Shown here in pieces: positions 13,246-27,309 of a stretch of DNA of 64,000 nt. The DNA lies in contig NC_134027.1 in the NCBI RefSeq assembly GCF_964204645.1, forward strand, positions 12,432,485 through 12,496,484, written 5' to 3'. Under the pieces are notes generated by a model. That model did not search any database, was not told the DNA's origin, and saw only the letters and a program-made list of their open reading frames with translations. The stretch is from Tubulanus polymorphus. Taxonomy: Eukaryota > Animalia > Nemertea. The position numbers were made by a program, and so were the translations under genes. Each line of letters starts with the position of its first letter. Position 1 is the first letter of the stretch.

Positions 13246-14351
13246 ATGGCTGCAGTAGCAGCATGGCTTCCATTTGCACGGGCCGCGGCCATTGGCTGGG
13301 TGCCTGTTGCTCAAAATCCTATGCCCCCACCTCCGGTACAAAGAGAAAACCACCGATCCGATGAGAAAATTAAGATCAACGTTAGTGGACGTCAATTCGA
13401 AACGTGGCGGAATACATTAGAGAAATATCCAGAAACATTGCTGGGCTCAAATGAAAAAGAATTCTTCTTCGATGAAGAAAATAAAGAATATTTCTTCGAC
13501 AGGGACCCAGATTTATTTCGACATGTACTTAATTATTACCGAACGGGTCGATTACATTATCCAAAACACGAATGTATCTCCGCGTATGACGAAGAGTTAT
13601 CATTTTTTGGTATCATGCCGGACATTATTGGCGACTGTTGCTATGAGGATTACAAAGATCGAAAACGTGAAAATAGCGAACGGTTGATGGATGACAAGGC
13701 ATCGGAGAATGGTGATACACATCCGACGACAACAATGCAAGAACGAATGTGGCGCGCATTCGAGAACCCGCACACGAGCACGGCCGCCCTAGTATTCTAC
13801 TATGTGACTGGTTTCTTCATCGCGATCTCGGTGCTCGCAAATGTGGTCGAGACCGTGCCGTGCGGCGAGATCCCAGAAACTCGGGAAAACCCACCGTGCG
13901 GCGAACGCTTCGAGGTGATATTCTTTTGCCTAGACACGGCGTGTGTGATGATTTTTACTGCAGAGTATTTGTTACGGTTATTCGCGGCTCCTGACCGCTG
14001 TAAATTCATGCGCAGCGTCATGAGTATTATAGATGTTGTAGCTATCCTACCGTACTATATCGGACTTGGGATAACGGACAACGATGATGTGAGCGGTGCG
14101 TTCGTTACCCTCCGGGTCTTCAGAGTATTTAGAATTTTCAAATTTTCAAGACACTCGCAAGGATTACGCATACTCGGATATACGCTAAAAAGTTGTGCCA
14201 GCGAACTCGGATTCTTGTTGTTCTCCTTAACCATGGCCATAATAATATTTGCAACAGTTATGTTCTATGCCGAGAAAAATGTTGGCGATACACGATTCAC
14301 AAGTATTCCTGCAGCTTTTTGGTATACCATTGTCACCATGACTACATTAGG
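13246..14351 (+). CDS. Shal: Shal/Kv4 (KCND) voltage-gated potassium channel, first coding exon (N-terminus, T1 domain, S1-S5, pore helix)
   Basis: Translation starts [22 protein letters not shown], the Kv4-diagnostic N-terminus. It contains the T1 zinc motif HX5CX20CC (HYPKHEC...GDCC), S4 [16 protein letters not shown] and pore helix [14 protein letters not shown]. Acceptor ttttctgtAG ends at 13237, ATG at 13246 in AAGATGG context, donor GTAAGT at 14352 (phase 2). The track start at 13204 is intronic. Confidence 0.98.
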
Positions 14352-14837
14352 GTAAGTGCAGCATATTTGTGTGTGTATCGGGTTTGCAGTTCAAATCCGT
14401 TACTACCATATTGTCCTAACTTGTAACATATGCCAATTATTCAAAAATCTGAACACTGCTACCGTACTTGTACACAATATGTTAATAGAACATTTCTAGT
14501 GAAGAAATATACACGCGTCAAATATACAGTGGCTGTATGCATTAGGTCAAATTTACGTATATTAGTGGAAACAGGTGAACCTGCTTTCATTGTTTCACCT
14601 TATGTCGCACATAATCTAAAGCCTGTGATCATCACCGAACAGGCACCATTCTAACTTACATATCTAATTAATACCTGTGGAGCTAAATCATGACTAAAAA
14701 CATCATCCTAATATTCATATTAGCAAAATCCACTTGATCACCATTTTTAAAGCATTTAGGTTAAATGCTTAAGAAATATACCAAGATCATGCACAGGCAC
14801 TTGAATTGACTTTGATCTTGTTGGTGTGTTAAAAATG

Positions 14838-15153
14838 ATATGAAATAAACGATTCGGAACTAAAAAGAATGCGGTACTTGGATTTTAAGTTTTGTGGTCT
14901 TCCGACCCCCCTCTGGCTCTGGTGATACCCGTATTACTGGTTTTCTGTTATATAGTTGATTGCCATAGTACAAACCTTTATTTTCTGTAGGTTTCAAGAT
15001 GGCTGCAGTAGCAGCATGGCTTCCATTTGCACGGGCCGCGGCCATTGGCTGGGTGCCTGTTGATCAAAATCCTATGCCCCCACCTCCGGTACAAAGAGAA
15101 AACCACCGATCCGATGAGAGAATTAAGATCAACGTTAGTGGACGTCAATTCGA
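14838..15153 (+). pseudogene. Local partial duplicate of 13081-13400 (intron end, acceptor, ATG and first 51 codons of Shal)
   Basis: Direct alignment: the intronic part has 5 substitutions, a 5-bp deletion and a 1-bp insertion; the 163-bp exonic part has 2 substitutions (A22D, K41R). Acceptor AG at 14989-14990 and ATG at 14999 are intact; the frame closes at TAA 15173-15175. Confidence 0.93.
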
Positions 15154-18100
15154 TAAAATTCATCGTAATCTATAATATAAACTCCACCAGGGTTGCCATC
15201 TTAATTATCCATGATGCAACTGTTATACCCATGATCCAATGCATGCCCTCATCTGTCTATACTATACAGAAAGGCAGGAAATGCTCTCATCTCTGTAATG
15301 CTTACATCTACCCGCAAATATCTATGGGTGCGCGTTGCATCATGGGTAAATTCATTAAAAACATGCCGGATTATCGAAGTAGGAATAACATATGTCTGGT
15401 GAATTATTGAATATTTACCCGTTTTCAAAGCCCATATTCAAATGCCTGTATATCAGGGGTGGATTCTTACTGTCATAAGAGCCACCACAGTGCGTCAAGA
15501 AAGCTTCAAGATGGAAAAATTTTTAGAGCAATGATCTCCAATGGGGTTTGTGCGTGCTCATTGGACAATTGCTTCACCATCATGAGGAGTTAGTTGTCTG
15601 ACTGCTATCTCAGTCAGAACTGACCTCTGCATTCAGCCTTGCAGATTTAATTCAAAAGGTCAGTTTTCAGAAAAAGTTGAGTTTCATTTTTTCTGGCACC
15701 GAAAGTTTGAAAGGCCAGCAAAATTCAATGAATGAATTCTGCAATATGGCCTGCTAATGTATCTTATTCTTATGAATAAAAGTGGCTGTCAATTAGCTGT
15801 AAATTATACTGTGTATATGAAATAAATGCGTGCTTGTTGTGATCAATTATTTTTCAATTTGTACACATGTTCTAACACTTGAAAACCAAGTAACTGTACA
15901 CTTACAAAACCTTAATTTCTTGCACATATGGTGCCTGTACTAATTTACGGCTTAATTCCATGACATATTTTCCCAAAACCTCGACTACATTATTCGCGAT
16001 ATTTTAGCAATCTAGGGGTAGATCAATTAGCATGCAAGCCATAAAGGTATATGAAGGAGTTTTAGGGCACAATTACAGGATTAATGTTGAGTAAACAATT
16101 AAAAATGGATGTCCCATATGTTCAAGTCATCCCCTATCTTTAAAGAATTTTCAAATTGAAACTTTGTTCTAATAATCCATAGAAGAACTAACAGTTTCAT
16201 TTTTCATATGTATAAATCATGTTGAATAAGTTTCAGGTTAACATATACCCCTTCTCAAGACAAGTCACAAATGATGCAGTACTACAATTATTCAGCATAT
16301 TAAGATATAAGATATAGACTTTTAATTATTTGAACTCTCTACCGAGGATTTGTTCTAATCAGTTAGGATTTTAGAAAACATTTGACATTTAATGTCTTTC
16401 TATTGATTTGAATAAAAGCGAATACGTAACCAGAAGCAACTGTATTTCAAGTGTGGCATATCTACCGAATACCAGTGACCAAAAAGTAACCAGTCACTTT
16501 GAGATGTGCAAGTTCTTTTTACTATTTGCGGCTGCAACTAGCGACCAATGATTGGTTAAACAGAGTTGTAATCGATCTGATTACTTCTGCTACCAAGCGG
16601 CCGAATTTCAGCTGTGCTGCGATTGCGTGCTTGTTCAAAATGGCAGTATAGGTTCAAATCGTATGTGTGCTAGTTTTAGGAACAGATTTTCAAAGCAAAG
16701 TTCTAATATATGCTACTTCCGGAAAGTCAAGTTGAGACTTCGATCAGTTCCTGCTGAGACCCAATTGGTTTTAATGCATGGTATTCCAAACCTTGGTTTG
16801 TTCTTGAATAGGTCTAGGTGAAATCACTTTCAACGCATTACAGCAATATTGCTGAATTTCATTTCATGCTGATCTAAGTGAGTTCCTCAATTGAAGTACC
16901 AGTAGTTTCCTTTATTTTTCAATTAAAACTGATCTACGATCTTAACTCTCTCGCTGCTGATAGCTTATGTTTCCCGTGCCAGATGTTTTTAGGTAATTCC
17001 AAAAGATATCGTATTTTAAAGTAATATTTTGGGAATATTGTTGGATATACACCCTATATACCATGCATATTGTGAAGGTTATTATGGAAGATATGAATAT
17101 GCAACCTAGCAATGGCGTTGATGATATCACATGATTCAAGATGGCTGCCAACATCTGTGGGTAACGGAAAAATGAAAAGAAAGTGTACTTATGAAATAAA
17201 TCTTCTATTACAATTATGTATTTATAAATAATGGTGATTAACCATCCATTACTTTTAAGGCCTTTATATGATGAAAAGAATAACATAATCTTCATAGTAA
17301 TTAGTGAATAGTGTGTAGGTTTTAGAGTTACCTTCTTGCCTAATTGACATATGAAGAATGTCCTAATAATTGGAAATGAAGGTCGACCAGGCACAGTAAA
17401 TATATGTTTTTGGACGTTCCGGAACACTGAACGTCACTGTTTGGTTACCGAAATTGGGATGTGTATATGTGTATCTTAGGGTACTGAGGGGGTTAAAAAA
17501 TGGCAACAAACTTTCAGGATTCTTATAATTGATGTCAATTTTTAGCCAACTTGGGATGCAGCTCTAGAGGGATATTGCATTCACTTTTTGAAATTTTGAA
17601 ATGGCTTCTATGGATTGCCTTGATATTTTGTTTATACATGTATCTACCCGAGACACCTCTGCAGCCCATAAACTGGACTGATCAGATTCAAGATGGCCAA
17701 CTGGCAGCCATTATTGTTCGCCAAAGGTTTTCAAGGGAAATTTTGATCAAACTGTCGTGCTGTTTTATATGTATAGACCTACGTATCCCTCTAGGGTCCA
17801 ACATCATAATGATCATGGATTGTTCGTGACCTGAAAAAGGACACAATTTCTGAGCAAAAAGGGCACAATTTAAAAACTAATTTCTTTTATTTCAACATTT
17901 CATATGAAGTTTGTAAATTTTTTTGGAGAGTTGTTAAAGCAGTGGAGCCTGGGCAATTTGATGACAACATTGAATGATAAGGGCGTGGGAAATTTTGCTG
18001 TCCATTCTGCTGCATCTCTAGGCATTTAAGCAGTCAAAACTATTTCCTCCCTCGAAAAATTTAAGCATCAGTGAAGGTAGAGTATGACTAGATCATGAAT

Positions 18101-19037
18101 TTTTAGTAGAAGAATATTTTTGTCTGTTAAAAAACATTACATTATCATACTCAGGGGCAGTTAGCTGGTCTGAGGTTGCATATAAAAAGCAATTATTCAA
18201 ATCATAATCAAATCATTAAGAACTACTTTTGCTTGTTGGGCTGTAGGAAGCTAAGACTCAGCACACTAGTCATCATAGGTTCCACTCCTGCTGGTTTTGT
18301 TTGCTTTCTTACCTGTTATCTCGAGTATCTAGGCATTGGACATCTTCAGAGGACCGAGTCTCCATGGGTATATGGGAGTCACATATCGCATGATATTCAT
18401 ACATTCTAGAATGCTCCTATTAAAGTTTTGGCCAATGAATCGAAGAGTTTGAACTTCAAGGATAAAAAGCGCCTGTTGTTTTCCTAAGTTTTTCACTAGT
18501 ATATGGATTTAAACCAGAATGATATGGACATACTTGATAGATGTGGTATTCAGTGGCGTGTGAACTGATATTCAGCGCTTAGCGGTATCGAAATGGAGGA
18601 AAATAATTAGGTGAGCTCACAACACTGTGAGCAAATTCATACAGTGGGTGCTGAAATTGAAAGCGAGGATAAAGAGTCAATCATCAGTCAGCCGTTCTGA
18701 ATAACTATGTATGTAAACCTGAGTTTGTAGTCTTATGCTAATTCACACATTCAAACCGGAAGAATAGCTACATTTCTGCTGCCATATCATTTTAAAACGA
18801 TAATAGATTTTGATTGATATTTGCTTTACATGCATTTTCTGCTCGCTGCTTTCGTTTATGTTGAATACTGTGATATCTTTTTGGAAATTTGATCAGTCCT
18901 CAAACAAGGACTGTATACGGAATGCAGCGTGTTATTCTAGCATATGGCTGTGAGAGGGATAATTGGACCATAGTGGAGACAATAAATCCATGCAATAAGA
19001 CACAGTGAATATATTATATATTAATCGTATGTCTTCT

Positions 19038-19210
<173 letters not shown>

Positions 19211-20428
19211 CCAATGATGAATGGTATCCATCATATTGTCATTATCAGATATACAGCAGTAAGAGTTGACGTGTTTGTTAAATCAGACATGATAATTCAA
19301 CATTACTTTGCATCGTCTTGACAGTTCTTAGGCTACTAATGAAAACGGATGCATTCTGTTTGAAAAATCAATCGTTGTACGGAATTTTGATGCTTTAATT
19401 CATCGGAACACAGATTACTATATCAACTTATATAGTCTTTAACTCATTGTTGAAAATTGATATTTTTAATTCCTAACCCTTTCAGCTGCTTGTACGCGGA
19501 TGTGTGAGGTGCATTAGGAGTGCAAAATGATATTGGAAAAAATATCTGCATCGTTCCTGGGAATGCAACTAAATGCTATCTACTGAATTTCATATTTTGG
19601 TTATCATCCACTCAATTTCCATCTAGCTACTACAATCTACACTTCTTGGTAAACGGGGATATTTACTTTTTGAAATAATTGACTGTTCAATTCAGAAATT
19701 GATATTTAAATGAATTGGACACCTGATTCTGAGACCATAGCCCACACTTAGACGTATGATTAATCATTTAAAGAAAATTGAAAATTGGGAACGATATCTC
19801 GGGAATAGAAAGGTTTAAATCGTAGGTTAATGTTTCTTACATTACTTTTTGGATCATCAGAATTTATTCGCGGATGATAAGAATAGGGCATTTACATGAA
19901 AAAAATCATAGACTAGCCTCCCGATGATCTGACGAGGGGTCATAAGTCGACCTAAGCTTAGCTTATTCGTTTATCATCGGTATTATTGGTTCCATCCTTC
20001 AAAGTCCATATGGTATTACACAGCAAGAACCCTATTGATTTTGGTGTTATCCGCCTTCAAGATGGCTGACTGGTGGCACATATAGGATTTTCGAAAAATC
20101 CCTCTCATCCTGCAGGATGTTGTTTTTTTGAAGTACATCTCATATATAACTCAGTTTTTGGACAATCCTTATTTCCATACCACCAGCTGGTGAATATCTG
20201 TTCCCAATTCCATCATCTCTATGCCCTTATTTTTCATGTTCACTGAAATTATAAGCATTTTCTGCATAGCTCTAGTTCATTGTTAAGAAGATTGCATCCG
20301 CAGACTAATATCATGCGATGGCTTGGCTTAAGAGAGCATCATATGATGAGTTTATACCTGTATGTTATATATGTTATGGTTAGCCCCATATCATACAGTA
20401 GTTGCCTTGTTTCCACAACAGGTGGAAG

Positions 20429-20431
<3 letters not shown>

Positions 20432-20491
<60 letters not shown>
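20432..20491. repeat. (AT)n microsatellite
   Basis: About 30 AT units. Confidence 0.99.
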
Positions 20492-20493
<2 letters not shown>

Positions 20494-21410
20494 TTGTAGA
20501 CATCATTACAGATGATATTGCCTTGGAACTATGTTGTCTTTTCATCCGTAACCTGCATCCGCAATATTTTTTTGCAGGTATAGTACGTAATCTGATTAAG
20601 GGACTTGTTAGAATATATGAGATTGTAGGAAAAGCGTGATTCATCCAGTGATTTTCTTATTTTCTGAAACGTTATCGTACTACACTCAAAATGCCTTGTA
20701 ACCGGATTAATACCGATACTTTTCTTTATGACAACATTGCTGAAAAGATGTATTATCGAGTAAAATGTTCCCCTTCAAAGTTATTTGGAGTGCTTGAAAA
20801 ATGAATTTGCCAAGCGATTTGTTGAATTTTGTGACTACATGTGCATCTGTCGTCAAATGTTTATTGGTGAAACCGTTGAATATGAATTTTAGATTTGAAC
20901 TAGTAAGTGTTCATACCAGCAACGTAATAAAGACGCACTTATGAGATTTAGATCATTGAGAAATTACTGACGCAAGCCAAATCTAACCAACAATCAATCT
21001 GTTTACTACAATTTAATTTGCACAAAAAACCAACCTCCCCATGTAACCTTGTTGATAGAAGAGCATTTGATCCGCACAATGTGTGGGGTTATTCAAGTAT
21101 GTTATTCGAAACATGTATATTCAGTTGTTAGATTTTTACAAAACCTCATGAAAAAGTTGCTGTTCTTTATAATGCCTTCTCAAAGCAATTATTGTCTTGT
21201 CAGATGAATACAAGTGTTTGATAATAGATAATTTTCCAAAATTAGTGAATGGCCTATTAACCACAATTTTGAATAGTTTAATCAGAAATTTATGTAGTTC
21301 CGATACTATTAACTGAAATCATCCATTGTTAGGTGATATACAAATAACAGATTTCTAGGTGGTATAGGAATAGGAAATAATCCATGCCTGAGCCAGTGCT
21401 TTTATCTTAA

Positions 21411-21694
21411 CCCTTTCAGTGTGTCTACACCACAGTGCAGTGTATAAATTAGTGATGGATTTTGCTAGTACACCGCATCGCGGTGTATATATGTGATTAG
21501 AGATTTTTATCTCTAATGAAAAATGGCAGTACCTGTCTAACATAGTGAAATATTAGTAACTAACGAAACACTGCGTCGCAGTGTAGACGCACAATAGTGG
21601 TATTCCCGTTATTCAATACACTAGGGTGGAATTTTTCAAAATTTTCAAATTATCTCCTGCACTGAAGGGTATTAATTAGTCAGCACTGTAATGG
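21411..21694. mobile_element. piggyBac-like MITE
   Basis: TTAA on both sides, CCCTTTCAGTG terminus, highly similar to 63392-63679. Confidence 0.85.
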
Positions 21695-24600
21695 TTAAAG
21701 ATTTGCCCATATGAAATTTACATACAAAGGGGACATTTTTGAGAAAAGAGCACAAATGCGCATTGCTTTTATAAAAAAAGGGCACTTGCATGGCTATGAA
21801 ATTTATTATGAGATTTAATCTTATCCATGTGAGAAATTACCCTTTTGATAAGACTTGGACACTAAGTCCTCTCTATGGCTCTGTAACATAGATGAATATT
21901 CGCTGTTTAGCAAAATATCAATGCGTTTTTCGTATGTAGTAATTGAATGAAGTGTAATTTTTTTATGAAGGGACGATTAGTTCTAGAAATCGACTATAGT
22001 TTGGTATTTATGTGATGGATGAGTAGCTACATACAGTGCAGCCCAGTGAATCGATACTCACAGCCAGGGAGAGACAATATCCGGTCTCCAAGGGAACTAG
22101 ACTATTGAGTCATTCTTCATTCTCTCTCTGCTATTACATTCCGTGTTTGTTCTCTGTGAATATTCATATATCATCGGTCTAACCAAGTATCATTGACTCC
22201 ATGGTTCCCTACGTAATTCAAAGATATCATTCTGTAGTAGTTTTTACGTTCGTCTTTAGCCCATCATGAAATTTTCATTTCTAGTTTAGTCATTACCAAT
22301 TCGAATATCATTTTGCTCAAGTCCTATAACATCAATTTTTTATTTAGATGTTTTGATCTAGTAGTATAAGTCGTTGTAGTTTGGCCCCCACCGTTTTGGT
22401 TAAATGTTCCTCAATTTAAATTTAATCAAAATGTAAAAGAATTATATACCTACGTCCGAGGACGTTACGGAGGGGGGCGTAATTGGTAATGATAGTTGGC
22501 CTACTAGGATTGGGCATTCATGAGAGAATCATGACGTACGTCGTAATGTTTCACAAACTTGAAACATTTATTGAAACAATTTTTTTCGAAGAAAATCTAT
22601 TGAGATCAATTTGTGTACTCTATATTTCTATATCTGGTGTGTATACACATATATCGACAATGGTTGACGTTTTTCAACGCGCGCATTTAGCGTATTAATT
22701 CTTCCCGCGGATCGATATGATAAAAACAAAACGCATGATAGCTCGTATAGATGCTGCGAATTTCGCGAATATATGCACGTACGCATGACGTTATCGATCA
22801 ACAGGTGAGGAATGGGATAACCCTAGCCCTGAGCCATGAACAAATAGCTCGCATTTTGTAATGCCCCGCGTCAACGTACTTGAATTCACGGAGTGCATAC
22901 GAGTGCATTTTTATCAAGAATATGTCGAATCAAATATTGAAAAAGTATTTTCTCGTAATCTATCCGACGGCAATGTTGGCACCCGTTGTTCATTGGTATT
23001 ATTGGCGAAATTGATTCAGCTACTGTTGCATCCTTGCAGGATCGACCTGCCAATTGATTGATATGGTTAGAGTTTCTGATATGCCAAAGTGTAAGCCTTT
23101 TCCTCATGAGTTGAACAATTATACATCGACCAGTGCCAAATATCGATGTATTTTTATAACTCTAAATATATCGGCATACGACTAAAAATATAGCCGTCAT
23201 AGGTGTTTTTGTTGAAAGAAATGTTTGTAGGAATTATCCTAAACAATATTTTGGTAGTAGACTTTGTTAGATAAAATCTGCCATATATAACCATGGAAAA
23301 GTTGAAAATTAGAAAATTAGCGATATGTGTCAATATCATTCCCATAAATAGTTTGTAATTGTTCTAGGCAACTAAAAAAGATACACTTACTTCACCGTTG
23401 CTGTCTGAAGTGAAAATCTATTGTTTCGTTTCATTGCTGGCTGATAAATCGTTCAATTTCATATCCATTTTTACATTTCGCTGGATTCCTTTTTGCTCTC
23501 AGATTTTCATAAAAACTAGGGTAAGAAATTGATTTATTTTTATATTTTGAATAATTGTCCGGAATGCAGTAGGGCATGTTAAAATGATGTACCCGTATAT
23601 CAAACTTCCGTTGCACACCAGACGATTTACTGATGATACAACAGATCTCGACTTATCAAAAATAGGTATAAAAGTTATATCCATTGTGGAATTATCTAGT
23701 CATTCCCTTCTATTTTGCCTCGTGTGACGTGCGCTTTGCACAATTCAAATTACATGCGATTTTGGTGTATACACAATATTAAGTTTCTCACTCATGATGA
23801 GCCACGACAGAGATTTTGAATTTCCTGTTGGTGCTCGTTACACTATAAAAGATGTGCTATGTTCATGAAAGTTGGTAGTTTTGACGAGCTAGGTACATGG
23901 ATTACACCTATTGAAAATCTAGTAACTTGTCCTTTCAAAATGGCCATTTTAACTTTAGACCTACTGGTGGTACATAAGTAGCATCGCACCACTTTCTAGC
24001 ATTGTGGTTCTTCGTGTTCACAAATTTGTCTGGCAGTGGCAGAACGGCAGAACAGATAGAATCCAAATATATCTACAGCACTTAATGGACGACACAAATA
24101 GGAAGTACTCTATAATAGATGAAAGCATCAGTTAATGTCTAGTATGACATTGCTCAGAGTGCAATATACTGCAATTACCATCAGTTTCAGCTCTGGGCAT
24201 CCTCTTAAAAATTCCCTGATGATAGTCCCACTGTCATATTTTTTTCCTTATATGAAAATGAATTCCATATAGCGACGATATATGGAAACGTTTCCGTATG
24301 ATGTTAAGACAAGCTGCAGATTTATGATGTGTAGTCTCCTGAAGATTTGTTGTAGCAGATTAAGCTACAAGCTTTAATACAAATCCGGAGACATATTTTC
24401 AGCATTAAGCAAATTCATCTGTAAGGGAGTATGTCTTATTGTTATTAGTCATCTTTGAACGAAGAACCATCATTTAGATCCTAGTCTCTCTCTGAGTCTC
24501 GAGTGAGAAATATCTGCGAGAGGTGTTGAAAACCTTTTTTATTGGATATAAGATATTATCATTATTATTATTATAAGATTTCATTGGATAAAACTGCAAA

Positions 24601-27309
24601 AACATGGACAAATTTTGCAATATTGCAAGTAACAACTGATTGATTCATATTGATATTGCTATACAAGCTATATGGACAGACATTAAGCATAGTATAATAG
24701 TAGTAGCCAATAATAATGCAAAGTTTATAAACGCAGCCATTTGTTAACCCATTTTTATGGATTACTTGATTAGAGAAGATTTGAGATGTTCCCTCAGATT
24801 GATACATTAAGATATCGGCACAGCTTGTCAATAATGAAGATATAATTTCTTGTGAGGGACTATTCATAAAGTATAAATGTTAGCATCCATTGGAGGTGCA
24901 AAATTGGCTTCTCCCTATGTACGTAGATTATGCTGAGAATTGCGTGCATGAGGATAAGTGAAAATCAGCAAACATTTATGTACCCGGTATGTAATTTATG
25001 AACGGTCGGTAACAATGATCATGTACGGATATTACCGAATTTTTATGATGATTAATTGCGTACGATCACTATACTATGTTATCTATCAACTTTTCCAGAT
25101 TTTTGTATTAAACCACTCCATTCCTCTGTATCAGTTGATCAGATGATTTTAAATATCTTAGTATAAAGGTTCTACTGATACACCTTTTTCATCCGAGGTA
25201 CTTCAGTCAATTCACATACCAGCTTTTCGTCTCTTTTATTCAGTTAATCGACAAAACAATTCAGAGCTTAGAAATATATCTACATGTACGTATCATGCTC
25301 TTGACAGATTATACGTATTTCATCATACCCTTGTGGTTTAAGCTAATGGAATTAATGATTTTTACATGAAACATGAATCATAATGGCCTAAACAAAAGGG
25401 CTAATGGGCGGAATAGCTATTGTTTTTGTCTTGACATGTTATGGGAAAGCGATATTCATTAGCTGAAGCTGTCATTTACAAAATGGTTTCACAAACAAGC
25501 AATACTTATAATGCTCATATGTCATGTCATTTCTGTTCTATCAATAATGAATACATATGCAGTTCATCATTTCAACTCAACTTAATTATGCTAATATTTA
25601 TTCTTCGACATTTTGCGGTGGTTCTGGCAGCCGGTTCAAACAGCATGAAAAGATCAATCTTACATGTTGGGTTGTGGTGTTGTGGTACAGCCCTATGCCT
25701 TGAGTAATCGGGCCCTACATATATCCGCAAGTTCTGATAAATGTTTACATTCGCTCACTGAGTGGTAAATCTAGTATTTAAGTAGAATTATCTGAAGCAA
25801 GCATGGCTAATTTTGTCCACTATATATCTGACCATGTGAAACCAGATATACAATGTTAATTTTGTAACTGGCTTGTGATATTCCTGAAAGGTTAAACTAA
25901 ACTTGTTTATTTACAACTCGAATACATATTACGGATACATAAAGTCTGCCAATCCTACTGCACTCAATAGGTATTGGATCTGCCATGGATTCCAAAGACA
26001 TGATAGAACCAGAAGCTACTGGATCTTGAGAAACTGGTGGTAATGGTCAGTGACTGGTAAGTCACTTGTTGCGGTGACTTGAGCATGTCTACTGATTTCC
26101 AGGAACCAAAATATTGCTAAGTTGGGCATGTTCTTGCCACTGCGACAGTGATCTGCAACTGGTCACGCAGAGTTGTAGTTGAATATTTTTGTGACCGATC
26201 GCAGCTGAATCGTGGCTGTGCTGTCAACCGATCACTGATTTGTACAAAATGGCAGTAGTGGTTTGAATCCAACACGTGCTTGTTTAGATACTGATTTTCT
26301 ACACATTTTCATTTCGGAACTATTGCGCATTACCAATTTTCTATGCATTTTTATTTTGGAACTATTGCGTATTAGTGGGTTTTATTGTGATGAATGCAAG
26401 TAAAATCTAAACCAATTTCAAAGAAGTAATTTTTTCCCGTCTAGCGGAATGAGCCGGAGGGTATTATTTATTCATTGAGATTTTATGCTTTAATATAGCC
26501 GCTAATCGTTCAAAAGATCAATGATTGATGCAGTTAGTGATAATCGTGGTGACCTATTGGCGCACTGCGACTAACAACTGATTGCCAAGGTCACTTATAA
26601 TCTTCAGTCGTAGCATGTTGAGCGCACTCCATCGTCGCTGCTGGATCTGTTGCGGGCATAGATCTCTGATTGTGATTAAATATAATCGCTTCATCAAATG
26701 TACCCTGGTACATTATTTCTTTAAAAATCCTGATCAACCTGTAACAATAACAGATCCGGCACTTATAGAAATGAAGTGAATACAAATCTCACTGCTGTTT
26801 ACAAAAGTGACCTGGCCAATTAAAAGAAACAACTTGGTATCATTTTTTTGTTAAGTCTTTATTCTTTGAAAACTTAACCATAGGCTCGAAAATAAATTGG
26901 ATTCCATTGATGACAGAAATATTGCAGTCGAAATCAGCACTTGATACATGTCAGAATTGATGCATTTTCAATTTTCCTTGTCATAATTTCTCTCACTTTT
27001 AGGGGAGTCACTGTATCAACAGGAAAAAGCATCAATATCACTTTGCATTCATGTAAAACTGAAACTCTTCTGAAATATTGTGTAACTACCTTGATGGTAG
27101 GCAATGTAATTGTTGCTGGTTTGTGTATAATGCAAAATGATAGTGCTGAAAGCATTCTATCTCAAGGGATGAATTTTACATTGATGAGGAACACTGCACA
27201 TTAAATGGCACAATGAATGTATGTCTGGTGGTAGCTGGCAATGCATCATGTGTCTAATGTTTCATACAAATGGCTACTATTAGACCGAACTGGATCTTCC
27301 ATCATAATT

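Noticed and set aside
15027-15410. 127-aa ORF overlapping the duplicated segment
   Set aside because: Non-ATG start, off-frame relative to Kv4 and no recognisable domain.
16942-17427. 161-aa minus-strand ORF
   Set aside because: Non-ATG start, composition typical of AT-rich non-coding or repeat DNA, and no motif.
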